Made by a program: the position numbers and the translations under genes. From the human T2T-CHM13v2.0 reference genome, Homo sapiens, in assembly GCF_009914755.1 (NCBI RefSeq), contig NC_060935.1: 64,000 nt of DNA; one strand, written 5' to 3'. Shown here piece after piece: positions 63,050-64,000 of this stretch. The notes beneath the pieces were generated by a model. That model searched no databases. It was not told where the DNA came from and saw only the letters and a program-made list of their open reading frames with translations. Numbering within the stretch: position 1 is the stretch's first letter; every line of letters starts with the position of its first letter.

Positions 63050-63537
63050 TAAGTTTATATTTCAAAAAAAACAGAGATGGCAACCAACCTTTAAACACAG
63101 GTATGCAGATGACAATTTCCCGAAGCAATGTGACACAGTGGGAAGAACTCAAGTTAGAGCTTCAGCTCAACTCTAGGTGGTTCTACCACTCATTAGTGAG
63201 CAAGCCACTTACTGTTTCTGAGCCTGTTTCCCCTTCCATAAAATGGAGATATTTCCACCTGCCTACTTCTGTGGGTTACTGCAATGATCAAATGAAATAA
63301 TGGATATAGAAGCTCTCTAAAAAAGTGTAAAGTACTTTATAATATATATTTAAATATAAAGTATTACAAAAATAGAGATGTCAAGAGAGGAATGTGGTTA
63401 TCAGTGAAAGATGATGAATTTAGGCCATTCTTATTTGAAGTAAAGAGACACAGATTTAGAATTCATCTCTCTAAATAGAGGTAATTATAAGTCACAAAAG
63501 TATAACAGATCTCTGAAGGATAAACATTCAACAAATA

Positions 63538-63901
<364 letters not shown>

Positions 63902-63904
63902 CTA

Positions 63905-64000
63905 AGCCTTTGCTACTCTGCATCACTTGTAGTGAAAATGCTGAGAATCTCAGGTCCCACCATAGACCTAGTCAATCAGAATTGTACTTCAACAAGATTC
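63905..64000. mobile_element. MER5-like fragment running off the window end
   Basis: gaaaatgctgagaatctcaggtcccaccatagaccta...aatcagaa...tcaacaagat. Confidence 0.6.

Overview
Human (primate) genomic DNA from the DGAT2-UVRAG locus, recognised from the encoded proteins; from memory this is 11q13.5. Bases 1-~29,257 hold most of DGAT2 on the + strand: the distal part of intron 1 and exons 2-8. All junctions are GT-AG, the seven coding segments splice in frame to 1,046 nt ending in TGA at 28,229-28,231, and AATAAA lies at 29,235. An Alu/L1/MaLR-rich intergenic region follows. Then come the CpG-island promoter and coding exon 1 of UVRAG (ATG 43,132, donor after 43,248) and about 20.7 kb of Alu-dense UVRAG intron 1, containing MER21 and MER9 solo LTRs, MER47/MER20/MER58/MER5 DNA-transposon relics, a FAM and an hY1 RNA pseudogene. 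Almost all other ORFs in the track are Alu-derived or chance. I found no new gene system, but four observations merit follow-up. (1) A 77-bp non-repeat inverted repeat in DGAT2 intron 1 whose mismatches are strongly strand-asymmetric. (2) A candidate 43-nt alternative DGAT2 exon with a strong-Kozak ATG in frame with exon 2. (3) A 16-codon UVRAG uORF whose stop overlaps the main start (ATGA). (4) Several short locally templated duplications, two with repair-like junctions. Repeat subfamily names are by eye and repeat boundaries are approximate.
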